Assembly (NCBI GenBank): GCA_013239625.1
Contig: MU056050.1
Coordinates: forward strand, 4,140,084-4,204,083
Length of the DNA stretch: 64,000 bases
Origin: Lama guanicoe
Taxonomy: Eukaryota
Direction of reading: 5' to 3'
In this document: in pieces, positions 26,823-41,285 of the stretch
Layout of the letters: every line of letters starts with the position of its first letter
Position numbering within the stretch: the first letter of the stretch is position 1
The notes under the pieces: generated by a model
The model's input: the letters and a program-made list of their open reading frames with translations, nothing else
Database searches by the model: none
Told to the model about the DNA's origin: nothing
Made by a program: the position numbers and the translations under genes

Positions 26823-28996
26823 ACTGGAACACCTGACCCCCACCCCCCCTTTGAAATTGGTATAGAGTCCTGGTTCACACAAAGGGAATTGGACAAGAAC
26901 TTTCAAATTTTTAAAATTTGATTCAGTCTCTTTCTCTTTGTGCAAATTGGCATATTCAAGAGTAGGAAGAATGAAAACAAGGTAATAGATGGAAACATGT
27001 CATTGGTAACGAGCGAGATCTAATGATTTACTTCAAAACTTTCTAAGCTTTGAAACTAAGGAGAGCTTAATTTACATCTACAGAACTTATGCACTTAAAT
27101 AAGCTATTTTTGTTCTCGTGCACGCAGACTCCCTCTTCTCTTCCTGCTGTGTTCCAGAGACAAATCAAAATAAATTTACAGTAATAAAATTAAGAGCTTC
27201 AACATGCTGGTCTTGTATATGTTCACAGAGTTGCTCCCCCGAGCCCACCTACTGCTGTTTGCCACGGAGTTTCAAAAAGTCTTTATTTGGTTGGTAGACA
27301 AGTCATTTTATCACAAAAGTATGAAATGTCATTTTGAAAGCCTGATAACTTTTTTTAAAATTACATTGCCCGCCATAGAGAATGCAACAATTTATGGTTG
27401 TTAGGGAAATATCACTGAAGGTATTGAGTTAACATATGCAAACAGCAACAACGTTCCTTTCTTCTTTAACTTTCCAGTCAAATAAAAACATTTTTGCAAG
27501 TTTTAGATGAAATCATGTTCTGAAATTTAAATCATATGCTTTCCTTGGCATGAGACAGACTACTGACCTTCTTTAAGTACATAAGGCAGGGTGTCTCGTG
27601 TTGTTTGAAGATATTTTGAGTTTGCTTTTTAATGTGGGCCTTACGTGAACAAGGAGCCTCGCTTGAGCGTGTTTTGAAACTGGAGGGAGTGCCAGATCCC
27701 AGTTCTCCAGTGGAGAGCTGGCAAGGTGCCCTACTCAATATTCATCCACTGAGCAGAAAAATATTGATGTTCACAGAAGAAAAGAATTAAATATGCATTT
27801 TACAAGTGTAAATAAAATGTGTCACTTTATAAGCATTTGAGGATTAGGAGGAATGAGACATTCCAACTTTTATTGACACATTGACACCAGCAATGGGGAA
27901 AAAAAGATGATAGAATGTCATAAGGTTTACTTATTCAGTCTTGAAATTCTCATACTGATAAAAGTATTATTACTGGAAGCATATAAAGATAAGAATTATC
28001 TGATTTCACAATCTCTTCCAATAAAACAGAGAACTAAGGTCAAAATATTATACAGAGAGAGGAATAGAAGAGGCATTTATTGGGCTTTTTTAGCCTTGTG
28101 CTTTTATTATGGATTAATTCCATCCCCTCTGAGCTATTGACTAATTGATTTACGAAACTCAGGATTTGTAGGTAGTCGGTTTCACGGAGTATTTTGTCTT
28201 CTTGACCAGATAAACAGATTATTGGGATAAGTTAAAACAACCACATACATATATTATCATTCAGACTCACGTATATTTCTTGCAATATGTAAATTGGTCC
28301 AAGATGTCACATTGAAGTTCAACTATCCAAAACCCTTCTGACTTTGGTAATTAACAGTCTTGACAACACTGTCACTAAGCAAAACTGGAGCAGATGGTGA
28401 CTTTCAACATACATTCATTATGCAGCATGAAAGAGTGTAAATAATGTTGCTCTTTGGGAGCATTTGAAAGTGATTCTTTTAACTAATATTTTTACGTTGA
28501 CATGGAACTTTACAGATGAAAAACTAGAATGATTAGAGACTTTCGGAAAGTACCTCCCTTCTATTTTATGAGTGATTGAACTATTGAAGTAGATATACAC
28601 CTTTTTTCTTTATGTCCATCTTTCTAATTATTAGATGCTCAATAAATAACTTCTTGAATGAATGAATGAATGAATTTCCTATTAGCTGCTTAAAGGAAGG
28701 AGCCACAATTTAAACATCTCTCTATCCTCAGAGCCCAGGAGAGTGTTTGACCCAAATCCTCAGCAAGTTTATTCCACATTTACTCTAAAATCTAGAATAA
28801 AAGTACAAATACACCTCAGGCTTATCGTGTCCCTTCCTATAAACCTTAAACTCTGCAAGATATCTCTGGATCTTGAATTCTTAAGTACCTAAGGAATTCC
28901 ATTTAGAGTTAGCTATATATTTAACAAAAACATTTATATGTAAAATGTACAAATAGTGCCTATATGAGGAAGCATACAGTATCAAAGTAACTTTTT

Positions 28997-29103
28997 TCAG
29001 CTTTATTGGGGTATAGTTGAAACATAAAATTATAATATATTTAAAGTGTACAACATGATGATTTGATATATGTATAAGTTGAGAAAGAATTCCCACCAGC
29101 AAG
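28997..29103 (-). mobile_element. Short L1MA-like 3' end; TSD AAAGTAACTTTTT at 28984-28996 and 29104-29116
   Basis: CAGCTTTATTGGGGTATAGTTGA..TTTAAAGTGTACAACATGATGATTTGATATA; exact 13-bp TSD. Confidence 0.85.
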
Positions 29104-32100
29104 AAAGTAACTTTTTATTGTTTACATGACTTAAGAAAAGGAAGAGCCTTAGAGGACAGGACAGACATTGGTTTGAATACTGGCTCCACCAAGTTACAAA
29201 CCATGCAGTCTGAGGTAAGTTATTAAACCTTTCTGAGTCTGTTTTATCACATATAAAATGTGCTTAATAATACTCATCTTAGATAACTAAATAACAAATA
29301 TGGAAGTTTACCAAAGTATAAATAATTGGATGGAACAGATAGATAAAACATTTTCACAAGTCTTGTATTTTTTTGAATATTTTGTTTCTTACCGTGCATA
29401 GTTTTGTGAATAAGGTATATTTAACTAAAATGAAATTATGTGATTAATGATGTCTGAGTTTTGACAAGAATGCTTAGGTATTTGTCTAGGGACAAATTAA
29501 GTTTTTGGATGGCACCATGTTTTAGTATTAAGATTGCTGTGTTTGGAGGTAAAATATCTACATTAGAATCCTGGCTCTTGAAGTCCCTAGTTTCGTGGCT
29601 GAGTTTTACATTCCACACATCTGAAACAAAGATCATGAATATGTTCAGTATTTATTATTGTTCCTTTCCATGTGTTAGATTTGACTTGGTAGTTACATTC
29701 ATTGATTTGTCAGAAATGGTTATTTAGTGGTTAAGAGAACTGACTGAGAATTATGACAGAAATTGCTTAGGAAACACATCACACATCATCTATAGTGATA
29801 AATTTTTATTTCAGTCTCTATCATAGATATGATATGTGACCTTGAAAAAAATTACTCTTTCATTTCCCAGTTCTCAAAATTGGAGCAAGAATTACTCCAA
29901 TTAGTGCCGATTAATATGAGGATTGCAAGGGTCATAACACACAGTGAGACACTGGGTTAAGAGGAACACTGTAATTGCAAATGTATCAGGGTGTTTCCTA
30001 TTGTCAATAAGGACTTTTCATTATCCAATCTGTTTCTTTGGCTAAGAAAGGCATTAAGTGAGATTTTCCCCTGCCGTTCAACTACTATGTTAACATTTTA
30101 CTAAATGGAACTGTAGCAGTTCCAAAATGTCAATATAAGTAGCTTACTCCCAGGCAGTAGCTTTTCCATTGAAAGAATCTGGCTTATTCATTCATGATAA
30201 GAACACCCCAAGTATGAACCCTTAAAATTCACTATACGATATTTCTTCAAATGTGTAATAACCATTTACATTTAGAATTGATATTAAAAATTATTACATA
30301 TAATGTCTTTAAACTTGAGTGATATGTTAAATATCAAAGAATTAATTTAAAATAAGCTGACAGAGAGCCCCAATCCACACGACAATCTGAAATAGTCTTT
30401 TATTGTCAAGTAATGATTTTTCTGATGGCAGCTGGCTGAAAGGTAGTGATGGAGGGGATGGTAGAGGTCGTGGAAGGATGGAACACTGTTAGTAATAGAG
30501 ACATTTAATCTAACTATTGCAACTAATAATTGAAAAATAAATCTTTATCTATTATAATCAGATTCTGTATGTAGATATGGGATTTGTATGGGTGGCAGAA
30601 AGATTGAAATCACTAGAAGCTTTCAGCCATGAAGGAGTTGTGCAATGTAAACACTCAAATCAAGATCTTTCATCCATGACAGAATAGCTTGTTACTTTGC
30701 ACAAAGGACAATAAATTGGCTTATAAGCAAAGTGAGTAATTTTTTAAACACTCTATTGCATGTATAACAATCCTTGTAACATATCTGTCAAGCACATCAT
30801 TTGTAAATACAAAAAGAATTTGAAAATAAATCTTAAAGCCAGAAAAATCACAGAGAAAGACCTTAGTGGAAATCAGCTGGGTCCAAGAAATAGGTAATCA
30901 CATAGTCTGACAAATGACCTTTCACAAATTACCTTCTTTGGTGATGTACATCCAAAATGGAAAATATTACTGAAAGATGGCTGTATTTCCTGAGAGGGAG
31001 AAGAAATCCAGGAGCTAAAATTTTTTTCTTTATTATTTTTCCATCTCACCGATGAGGCCTTAGTGAAAATAAGCATGTAAGTCACACGCATTCATTTTAT
31101 TTTCTGTAGATCCAAATGACTCACAGTTTAATGGTACAAACAAAAACATGTTTGCTAAAGTAAGAGAAAGTTCCTGAAACACAATTTTGAATGCAGACAC
31201 AACTTTAGTTTTCCAGTGAAAGGAAGTTAATATTCTTTTCTCTTTAATAAGATGCTACAAAAGAATCTTTAGCCAACTCAAAACAACAACAACAATAGTC
31301 ATAGAAGCCAAAAGAAGGGTTTGTAAATGGAATAAAAAGTCAGGATAAGAAAAAAATAAGACTTGCACTCCTTAAGAATTGCTTAACTTTTATTTGAATT
31401 ATATCAAGCATAATAAAGGCTCTTTGCCAAAAGTTGTTCCATATTTGAGGAATTCAGTTATGCTTAAAATAAACTACACTTTTAATAGGTCAATATATTT
31501 ATTGTTTAGTGGGCATGAAAGAAAAATTACTACAGAAATTTTTTCCAAACGTAGCCTCAAATTAAAATTGAACAAAGTCTCATTAATTTATATATTGGTG
31601 GTTAAGTCAGGAATGGAGAGTTAACATACACCTCACTTCCTTGAATTTTAGTGTACCTCACTTACTTGACTTACTTGAATTCACTCCTCAACAAAAGTTA
31701 GAGTGTGTTTTCTCTCCCTCTCTCTCCCCCTTTCCCTCCCACCTTCTATCATGTTTGCAGACCACACACATACACACGGCCACAGACACATACAGACACA
31801 CAGACACACACTCACTCACACGTACCATTCTTTCAAGGAAACCAGTCATTTTTGCTCAAAATAAAAAAGAGTTTCATATGCAAACTTAAAAATTTGTGGC
31901 AGAATACTTCAGGAGGATATTGCAAAATGATATAAAAGAAAGTAAAATCATCATAAATGATAAACATAGAAAATTTGCTGTCAGAGTTTTTTTAATTGAT
32001 GGCTGACTTCTGATAGGAAAATACACATTTAAAACATCTGAAAACGTATTGAACTTGGTAAAATTTCAGTTAATAAGAATTAATAAGAATGATTGAAGAA

Positions 32101-32237
32101 TGCAGGTTTTAGTTTTTGTTTGCTGCTGGTTTTTTTGTTGTTTTGATTGACTAAGTCTTAAGAACAATCTCAGATGTTGAAGAACTTTCTTAAAATTTTA
32201 TTTTATTTTATAGTTTTAACCTGAGAAGGTGAAGTTT

Positions 32238-33030
32238 ATTTTTTCCAGTTTTAATGAGGTCCAACTGACAAATAAAATAGAATAGACTTAAAGTGTACAA
32301 CATGATTTTATATATATATATATATATTTCATGAAAGAAATCAATTGAAGAAAACTGAAAAATTCACAAATATGTGGAGATTAAACAATATGCTCCTCAA
32401 CAACCAATGAGTCAAAGAAGATGTACATCTTGAGACAAATGAAAATGGAAACAAAACATACCTCAACTTATGGGCTGCAACAAAAGTAGTTCTGAGAGGG
32501 ACAAATACCTCCATTAAGAAAAAAGAAAGATCTCAAATGAACAATCTAACTTTACACCTCGAGGAACTAGAAAAAGAGCGAACTAAGCCCAAAGTTAGTA
32601 GAATTGAAGAAAATAACCATCAGAGTGGAAATAAATGAAATAGAGACCAGAAAGACAATAGAAAAGATCAGCAAAACTAACAGCTGATTTTTGAAAAGAT
32701 AAACAAAATTGACAAACCTTTAGCTAGACTAAGATAAAAAGAGAGACGACTCAAGATCAGAAATGAAAGAGGAGATGTTACACGCTGATGCTATATAAAT
32801 ACTAAGGATCATAAGAAACTACTGTAAACCACTGCACACAAAGAAACTGGATAACCTAGAAAAAATGGGCAAATTCCCAGAAACATTCAACTTACCAAAA
32901 CTGAATTATGAAGAAATAGAAAATCTGAAGAGGTGAGTAAAGAGATTGAATGAGCAATCATAAACCTCCCAACAAAGAAAAGCCCGGGGCCAGATGGTTT
33001 CACCGGTGGATTCTACCACACATTTAATGA
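32238..33030. mobile_element. L1 relic: minus-strand 3' end (about 32238-32335) abutting a plus-strand ORF2 segment (about 32336-33030)
   Basis: CAGTTTTAATGAGGT..AAAGTGTACAACATGAT, then AATTCACAAATATGTGGAGATTAAACAA..AAAGCCCGGGGCCAGATGGTTTCACCGGTGGATTCTACCA ([13 protein letters not shown]). Confidence 0.8.
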
Positions 33031-34313
33031 ACACCTTTCTAAAGTGTATAGTCTTTGGGCATAAAATAATCAGGTCATAAATGTAAACCATGGAGTGCCT
33101 GGAAATTAATTTTCCATGGTAGTTCTCATAGTAGAACAGTGTGGAGGGAGAAAATATCCTTTAGCTATTACCTGAAAGTAGATTTTTAAAACAGATTCCT
33201 GATATTTGTTTCCTTTACATTTCAGTCTCTAAAAGAAGAGAAAGGAGTTGTCAAATTCTGCTCCCTAAAGAATATAATCTAAACTTGTAAGCGTTGACTA
33301 TTTATTTCTACTATATTTTTAAATAGGAAAAAATAGATAAATAAAAACAGTGTCTCACAATAGTTTATAGAAACTCATACCATAATACAGGAACACTGAG
33401 GGTATTATTATGTTAAGAAAACCCAGTAATCTATGATTTGTGAAATGTGACCACTTGCTCATTGGGTATTTTATATAACAGTTTTATTTATAGGTCATAT
33501 ATTGCAAACCTCTATTTTTAAAATCATATCCTCTGCAATTTATAAATGACTTACTTGTACTTCAAAACATAGCAAATTATTTTTTAAATCTTTGTGATTT
33601 AAATAGTAAAACAAATTTATATTTTCCCAAGATGGTAATATTTCTGTTTAGTTAATTTCTGTGTGCACAAGTATGAATCACATAAATGTGTATAAAATGT
33701 TGCTTTGATTTATGAGCCACATTATAGATCTAAAAGTTTCAATTCATTAGCAGTGAATATAATGACTTTGGAAGCATTGAGGTGTCTCATGTCATATGTA
33801 GCTGTCTAATGTCCAAAAGCCCTACAGTAAAAGTCTAATATCCACTGGGTAGGAAATTTATATCAGACCTGAACATTTTAAGAATAAAAATGTCCTTAAA
33901 GTGATTTTGGTGAATGAATAAAGGTCATCATCTTTCTGACATTCAGGGGAGTACTTATCTTTTTTTTTTTCCTTAAGTGTGAAATTCACACCACTTTGCT
34001 TTCAGTTTTAATCTGTTGTACTATTTAAATAGTAGGGGTACTGGGACATAAGACTGGGATCAGATGCAAAGTCACATAGCCGGTCCTATATTCTCATAGA
34101 AGAATTTCAAATTAATAGACAAATTTCCAATTCTTACTTGAATATCCCTTAACCAGTATTTCATAGTACTTAATTTATAAAAATTGAATATTTTCCACTA
34201 ATGATAATATTAAAAATCATATAATTTGGACTCTGTGTACATGGCAGTTTTAAAACATTCTCAATTAGATTTTGGTGAAACTGGTGATGTGATAGTCATT
34301 ACAACAAAATTTT

Positions 34314-34464
34314 TCCCTCAGTTTTATTGAGATATAATTGACAAATAACACTGCATGGGTTTAAGCTGTATAATGTAATGATTTGATATACATATTTATA
34401 GCAAAATGTTCACCACAATAAGTTTAGTTAACATCCATCACCTCACAGAGTTACATAGTTTTAT
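34314..34464 (-). mobile_element. Short L1MA-like 3' end; TSD ATTACAACAAAATTTT at 34298-34313 and 34465-34480
   Basis: CAGTTTTATTGAGATATAATTGACA..TTAACATCCATCACCTCACAGAGTTAC; exact 16-bp TSD. Confidence 0.88.
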
Positions 34465-37400
34465 ATTACAACAAAATTTTAAAATGATTTGAATAGTCAA
34501 GTCAGTTTCAGGAGTGCCTATACCACAATCTCTAAATGTGTACTAATAATTGATTGCCTAAAGATAGATTAAAATAGCACATTTATGGAATACTTATTAT
34601 GTGTTTGGCACTGATCTAAGCATTTTACATTATTATCTCCCATTTTATAGATCATAGATCTGAAGCAAAAAGAGATTATATCACTTGCCTAAAGTCACTT
34701 GACATGTACTTGGTGAAAGCAAACATAATTCATAACTTTTTTATGTTTTTCTGCTGGTACGGGGGTATTGGATCTTACTGAGGCTCTGAAAATAACCAAC
34801 AGCTCCCCCTTGAACAAGCCATATCACCCCTCTGAGCTTCCTCAATTTTTTCATCTAGAAAATGAGAGTCTGAATGAGGTAGAAACTAAATTTCCTTCAG
34901 TTTTGCAATTTTTATGTTTATATGATTTTACTCAGACTTCAAAGAGATAGAAATCGATGCACTGACTACTTACAGTGTAGAGAATGAGGGGAAAAAAGGA
35001 CCATCGATTCTTATATTTATTTCGACAGATACCATGCAAATGGGTGCTGAGCAAGCTTAGGAACACAATTTTTGAATGTGATTCTTTCTGCTTAGAAAAC
35101 ATTCTTTTTCGATTCTTTACTTGGCTTATTCATACTTGTGCTCCCAGATTTCTATCAACCTTTACCTCATTCAGGAAGCCACCTCTTTTCCTCAGGAACT
35201 GTTCTTTTTTCACTGCCATATCATACACTAGGAGAGGTGACCTTCATTTTAATCGTATCTGTGCCTTCACGCCCTCTCCCTGCCCCTCCATGCAGCTCTA
35301 CATCTTTTTTTGGCTGAATGCCTTCTAGTCAACTTCCGATAGCTTAAGCATTATCTCTTCAGGTATTTCTTCAATGATCTAACCCCCCTTCAGGCTGATT
35401 GAATGTCCCTCTTCAGGGTTTCAATATCATCCTACACATATCTCTGTCAGAATGCTCAACAGATTGTGTTAAAAAGATGTATATATTTGGCTTCCTCAAT
35501 CATTAAGTGATGTGAAAAGACAAGGGCCATGCCTTACTCATTTTTATAAACCTAGAGACATTGCCTGGAATCGAATGTGATCAACATATATTTGATAAAC
35601 TGAACTTAAACTATGATTCAATGCAGAGGTACCTTCAGGGTAGTCCTTTATGCATCCAAAAGGAAGGGCAGTCACATCTTACTTATTTTTACCTTGTACA
35701 CTATTATGAGAGTTAGTGAGTCAAACTACTAGACTGAGGTCTTAAGACTAGATGATATACAAGATGCAGCACATAAGGCAGCTAGCATTACACCAAATAA
35801 ACATATGAGCACTGATACATTTCCAGTAACAGTAAGTTATATCTCACAAAGATGAATTTTTATTTTTTTTAGGATACAAACACTAAAAAGGATTATAATG
35901 AACATACAGGGTGAATCTCATATATAAGTCAACTGTTAAAATAAAATGACGTGAAAGCTTATTGAAAAGAAATTAGCATCGTGTGCTGGCTGTTAAACTT
36001 TCCCTATTGGTGCTCTTGGCAGCTATGATCTGGGGCCTAAATGAAAGTGAAATACATTGATGAGGCTGCTGATGAATTAATGAGGAAATCAGGCATAGCT
36101 CATTAATAAACTCGTAAGTAGAGACTAGCATAAGAAAGAGAATCCAAACTTGAAATATTTTATCAAAATCCTTAGTGCCACACAGTGAGCCATGTTTACC
36201 CAGGGCAGTAGACCAATTTCTTTGCCGCTCTGAAGCCTCTCTTCTGTCTCTTGCTCCCTCATTGTCTACCTTCCATCATTCAACAAACACAGGGACTTTG
36301 ATAGACCCTGAAGAGAGGATTGAGAGTCAGAGATTAATATTTCGTCCCTGAATCTTCTCAAACATGATAAAACTTCCAAAGACGTTCCAAAGTGTAGTTC
36401 ACTCTAAGGCTAACAGGTCCAACAAAACTAATAACTTTGCCATTACTATAGACATAGCTTTGCCTGTTTATACTTTGAAAATCTACAATTGATATTTGTC
36501 ACCTTTATTAAGTCAGACCCAATTGATATGAATGTAAACATTATATATCAATTCAGTTGGGAGTGATCTGTCTTTTGTGGCAAATCTAATTGTTTATTCA
36601 AGTTTTTAATTTAAAGAAAAACATTCCATTATTAGAGGCTATAGGGCAAAAGTTTGGATACTTTCCAACCTTCTTTTCATATCTACATGTTTCATTAGTT
36701 TTGGATTTAGGGACATCTTTAAATGACACTTCTGATTATATCATTCCTCTGATATAGGCAATGTTACTCAGTGCAACATAACACTCCAAAGAACTGTCAG
36801 ACTAAGTATTTCAAAAATGATGAATTAATAAAATGAGAATTAAAGGACATCATGATGGATTGGGCAGAAAGCTGTTAAGTTATGACCCCATGATATAAGC
36901 AAATATGGACTGGACATAATCTATTATAAGAATAACACTAGAATTGTGAATATTTTTTAAATAACATTTAAGATTGTCAATTATACTCATCATCTTAGCA
37001 CCAGAGCATCAGAGGATCTCTATTAGATAAAATAGAAGATTCGTTTTGCAGTCCACAGTACCATTTGTGCTGTATCGGTGACATTAATAATTATTACCTT
37101 AGGCTACTGCAACAGCAAAGAGGAAAAAAATAACTCTATGTGGTTCATTTCATGATAGAAGACATAGAGTCCTTGGAAGTGAGATGCCACACTTGAGCAC
37201 ATTTAGTGTTCAGCAAATAATTTCTGAATGTCACTGATCCTAGATCATTTTTAAAAAGCTACTTCCCCCTACTTTGAAAGATGTGTTATGCTGCATTTCA
37301 TTACTTTTCTCCTTACCTTGTTCTTCTTTTGTTTTAAAATAAGTGATGAGGCTTTTGGTGAAGATTAAGCACTAGCAGACAGTAATGCAATGGCCCAAAC

Positions 37401-38739
37401 AGGGTTTTAATTGGAACCTGAAATCCTGTGAAAAAATAAGAAATTAAATCATTAATAAAATGCATTTCCAAGAAGACACTATGTTGATATATGTTATGTT
37501 CAGAAACCTTCATTATTTTTTCTATAAGATTCTGATAGACATACTTGTGAAATCTACAATTCACCAGCCATGCCACATTAAGGCTATGTAATGAAACTCC
37601 AGCCCTTTCCAAGTTCCAAATATCAAGGAATAAATAAGAAATCCATAACAATTTTCCTTTTACAAATGTTAGCATTTTCATGTCAACATTAATCCTCATG
37701 TTTCCTTACAATGTTACAGTACATTCATTACTTAATGCAATCCTGGGAGTACTACAGAAGTATTTCAACATGTCCCAAGCAAAACCACGGCACAATGTTA
37801 AACAATTCAAGCTGCTACATGGCTGAAAGTTTAGAATGAAATGTTATTTCTCTGGAGACTTGCAAAGACTCTAATTACAAATGTCCCCTCTAAAGAAAAT
37901 CATGAGAACAATCTTCTAGTGACTCATAGGTTATAGCAGGTATGTGACTAAGGCACATTACAGAAATAAAAATGCAGATGACAAATTGTGGAGTACAAGA
38001 TGTGTGATCCTATCTAAAAGACACTTCATTATGCATGTGGTCAACTCATAATTCTTGAGAAACTCTAGACCCCCTTTTGTTTAAGAGTAATGCAAAAATA
38101 GTTTATATTGAAGAGCTTAAATCTAGTTGGGGGACCCAACTTCAAATGTTACAACTACAGATTAATCCACGTACATTGAGGGTAATGATTTATCATTCAT
38201 ATGGCATGTCATTACACTTTATAATTGCTTTTGGTCATCTGTTTTAGGGAGTAGGAGTTTAATTTTGTAAAGAACGTGTTTCTCTGTTGTATACATATTA
38301 AGATGAGTAGGTACAGGTAAGATACTACACTACATTCTGTAATATATTCTATAAAGAGATGCACATGCCACTTTTATGCATTGCCTTTTACTATTTGGTA
38401 GTAAATGTAAACAATAAAAATTATATATAGTATAAACACCTAAAATCTTCTTTACTTCCCCTTGCCTCGTTGATTTCAAATGGCTTATTTGCTTGGTAAA
38501 CTTTAATGCAGATAAATCCAAAGCGTATACTATTGGCATTTAAAAGGTCACACATTTTTCAAGTATATTCTATCAATGATAACTTGCTACTCTACTGCAT
38601 TTATTCTGTCATATGCTGATGAGAAGATGTATCCCAAAAATGATCAGCATGATTGCAATTCTCCCCTGCTTCTGTCTTCTGTCTCTAATATATTAACATC
38701 CCAACAATATTTTGCATTTTGATAAACACATTCAAATCC

Positions 38740-40480
38740 ATTCTTTCAACAAATATTTATTGATCACAAAATATTCTAAATGCCAGGCAAAAATAAAATG
38801 AAAAAAATTAAAAGGTGAATTAGACATGAACTCTGCCTTCAGGGGACTTTAGAGTCTAGTAAGGGAGATGACAACTCATTATTAAAAAGAAGGTGATGAG
38901 TATCATAAAGAAGCATAGGGAGCAAAAAAGCTACACTAGTTCAGGGGAAGAAACTTTGCTTCCAACTGTGAGGATCAAGGAAGATTCTGTGGAGTATGCA
39001 GCATTTCTACAGGTCTTTAAAGGATTCGAGCAATTAGAGATCAAACAAAGCATTTGGCAGAGAGAAAACTTATGTGAAAAGACTATAAGAGGAAAGTGCG
39101 GGCAGATTTGAAACTGGTGGGCAGCTTTATTTAGCTGAATTACATGGAACGTGGATTGAGGTAGAGGTAAGGCCTGAAGGATAGATGATTATCAGACAAT
39201 GGAGAGACTTAAATATAAGCCGAAGGAAATGGAACTTGTTTCCCTAAGCGATAAGACTCACTAAAGTTTTTCCCAAGCAGGGGGACAATGTGACAGGATT
39301 TTGTTTTACCAAGATTAATCTGGCAGAAGCATGAATAATGAATTTGAAAGTTGAAAATAGATAATAGGAGTGGAGGCAGTTAGGAAGCTATTGTGATAGT
39401 CCATGTGAGAGAGATTAAGGACCTGAATTAGGGCAAAAGCAACAAAAATGAAAAAGATGAAATAGATGTGAAAAATGCTTTTCTAGGTACATGACAACTA
39501 ACTATAAACCCCGAAAATGCTGATCCTGAAGGACTGGGAGGATGGTGGTGCCATTAACAATGATGGGAAATATAAGAGAATTAACTAGTAGGTGTTAAAG
39601 AAGAGGATAGAAAGGAAATTTGGTTTATTTTAAATTTGTAGTGCTGGCGGGAGATGGCCCTGCAGGCATATGGATGGTATAACTGGTGTCCAGAGAATTC
39701 TAGGCTGCATAAATAGATGTGGGAAGCATCTGCATTCATTTATTCAATTAACATTTAACGAGCACCTAAGATATACCAGACATTAGAGGTAAAAAGATAA
39801 ATACTACACTGTCCCATGCCCCAGGGAGCTCATTGTCTAATAAGGGAGAGAGTCCCAGCAATAGAAAATTATGATTAAATATGGAAAGTTCAATCATCAA
39901 GGTTTGAATTAATATAATCATATATATGGTGCACCTGATACATCATAAAAGGGTCAGAGAATAAGTCTGAAAAAAAGCAAAGCCTGACTTGTGTTTAAAA
40001 GATGAGGAAATATTCATCAAATGAAAGGGCAGCATTTGAAGTAAAAGGAATAACAAGAGCAAAGATGTGAAGGCTTAAACAGTGTGGTGTGTGTGAAAGT
40101 ATTACAAATGTTTGCTATTGCAGCAGGGAAAATGTAAGAGGTAAGGATTCAAATGCAGTTTAGGGCTAGATTGTCCACTTTCTTGGACACCAAAATAAGG
40201 CACTTGGATTTATTTAGTAGTCAATGAAAAGCTAGGGAAAGTTTTCCGGCACAAGGGTGGTTTGATTGTATCTGTGCTTTAAAAAAATTAACTTAGTAGA
40301 AGAAAGCAGGATTAATTATAATGGGGAAGGCCTGTAGATGGAGGGGACAGTTAGGAGGCAGTTGCAAAATTTCAAATGTAAGTGAGGGTCTTACACTAAG
40401 GTGCTGGTACAAGTAATGGAAATAGGGGACCAATTCAAGATATATAATGGAGGCAGGATTGACTAGAGTTGATTGCTCTG
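38740..40480 (-). mobile_element. Cluster of L2 fragments
   Basis: TTCAACAAATATTTATTGA, GGAGGCAGTTAGGAAGCTATTGTGATAGTCCA, GGATGGTGGTGCCATTAAC, CATTCATTTATTCAATTAACATTTAACGAGCACCTA. Confidence 0.7.
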
Positions 40481-40949
40481 GTGTAGTAGGAAACCACAAC
40501 CATACAGTTTATAACCACATTCTCAAACTATACAGAAATTACTTGTCTCTATATATCTTGTGTTGATTACACAACACACTAGACAGCCAGTTGACATGAA
40601 TCAACCTTTTGCTAAATAAATGCTATACTAGATCTAAAACCATTCCTCATCGTAGTTCTTGTCCACATGTACATAGGTGTGATAGAATTATAATTCACTT
40701 AGAATTCATGAAGAAATATTTGCAAGTACAAAACCTTTTTTTCTTATTTTTTCCTTTTGATTTACCATCACAGAACTAGGAGTATCGGCTTTAAGCAAGC
40801 ACATACTTGATTATGCTATAGTTCCATAGACAGTAGAATTCCATTTCAATTTTGCTTGTTTTACTTGACCTATGAATCAAAAAATCTGGCTAGGACACAT
40901 AACCCATGTTTTTTCTTATGTTTATGTGTATTTCTTTTGAAAAACCATT

Positions 40950-41170
40950 TTTAAACATTTTTTTATTGAGTTATAATCATTTACAATGTTGTGTCAAATT
41001 CCAGTGTAGAGCACAATTTTTCAGTTATACATGAACATATATATATTCATTGTCACATTTGTTTCTCTGTGAGCTACCATAAGATCTTGTATATATTTCC
41101 CTGTGCTATACAGTATAATCTTGTTTATCTATTCTATATTTTGAAATCCCAGTCTGTCCCTTCCCACCCC
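40950..41170 (-). mobile_element. Young (likely camelid-lineage) L1 3' end
   Basis: TTTTTATTGAGTTATAATCATTTACAATGTTGTGTCAAATTCCAGTGTAGAG..CCCTGTGCTATACAGTA; same family as 5442-5577. Confidence 0.85.
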
Positions 41171-41217
41171 ACTTTAAAATAGTAAAAACAAAAAAGTGAT
41201 AAAATAGCATACATAAT

Positions 41218-41285
41218 AGGTAGGTAGGTAGATATATAGATAGATAGATTGATAGAAAGAGATAGGTAAATAGATTAATAGATTA
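41218..41285. repeat. Degenerate (TAGG)n/(TAGA)n microsatellite
   Basis: Seen directly. Confidence 0.8.

Noticed and set aside
36021..36119. Plus-strand exon-like segment (GCAG|CTATG... to ...CTC|GTAAGT)
   Set aside because: Stops in all three frames and no partner exons; isolated splice-like motifs are common.
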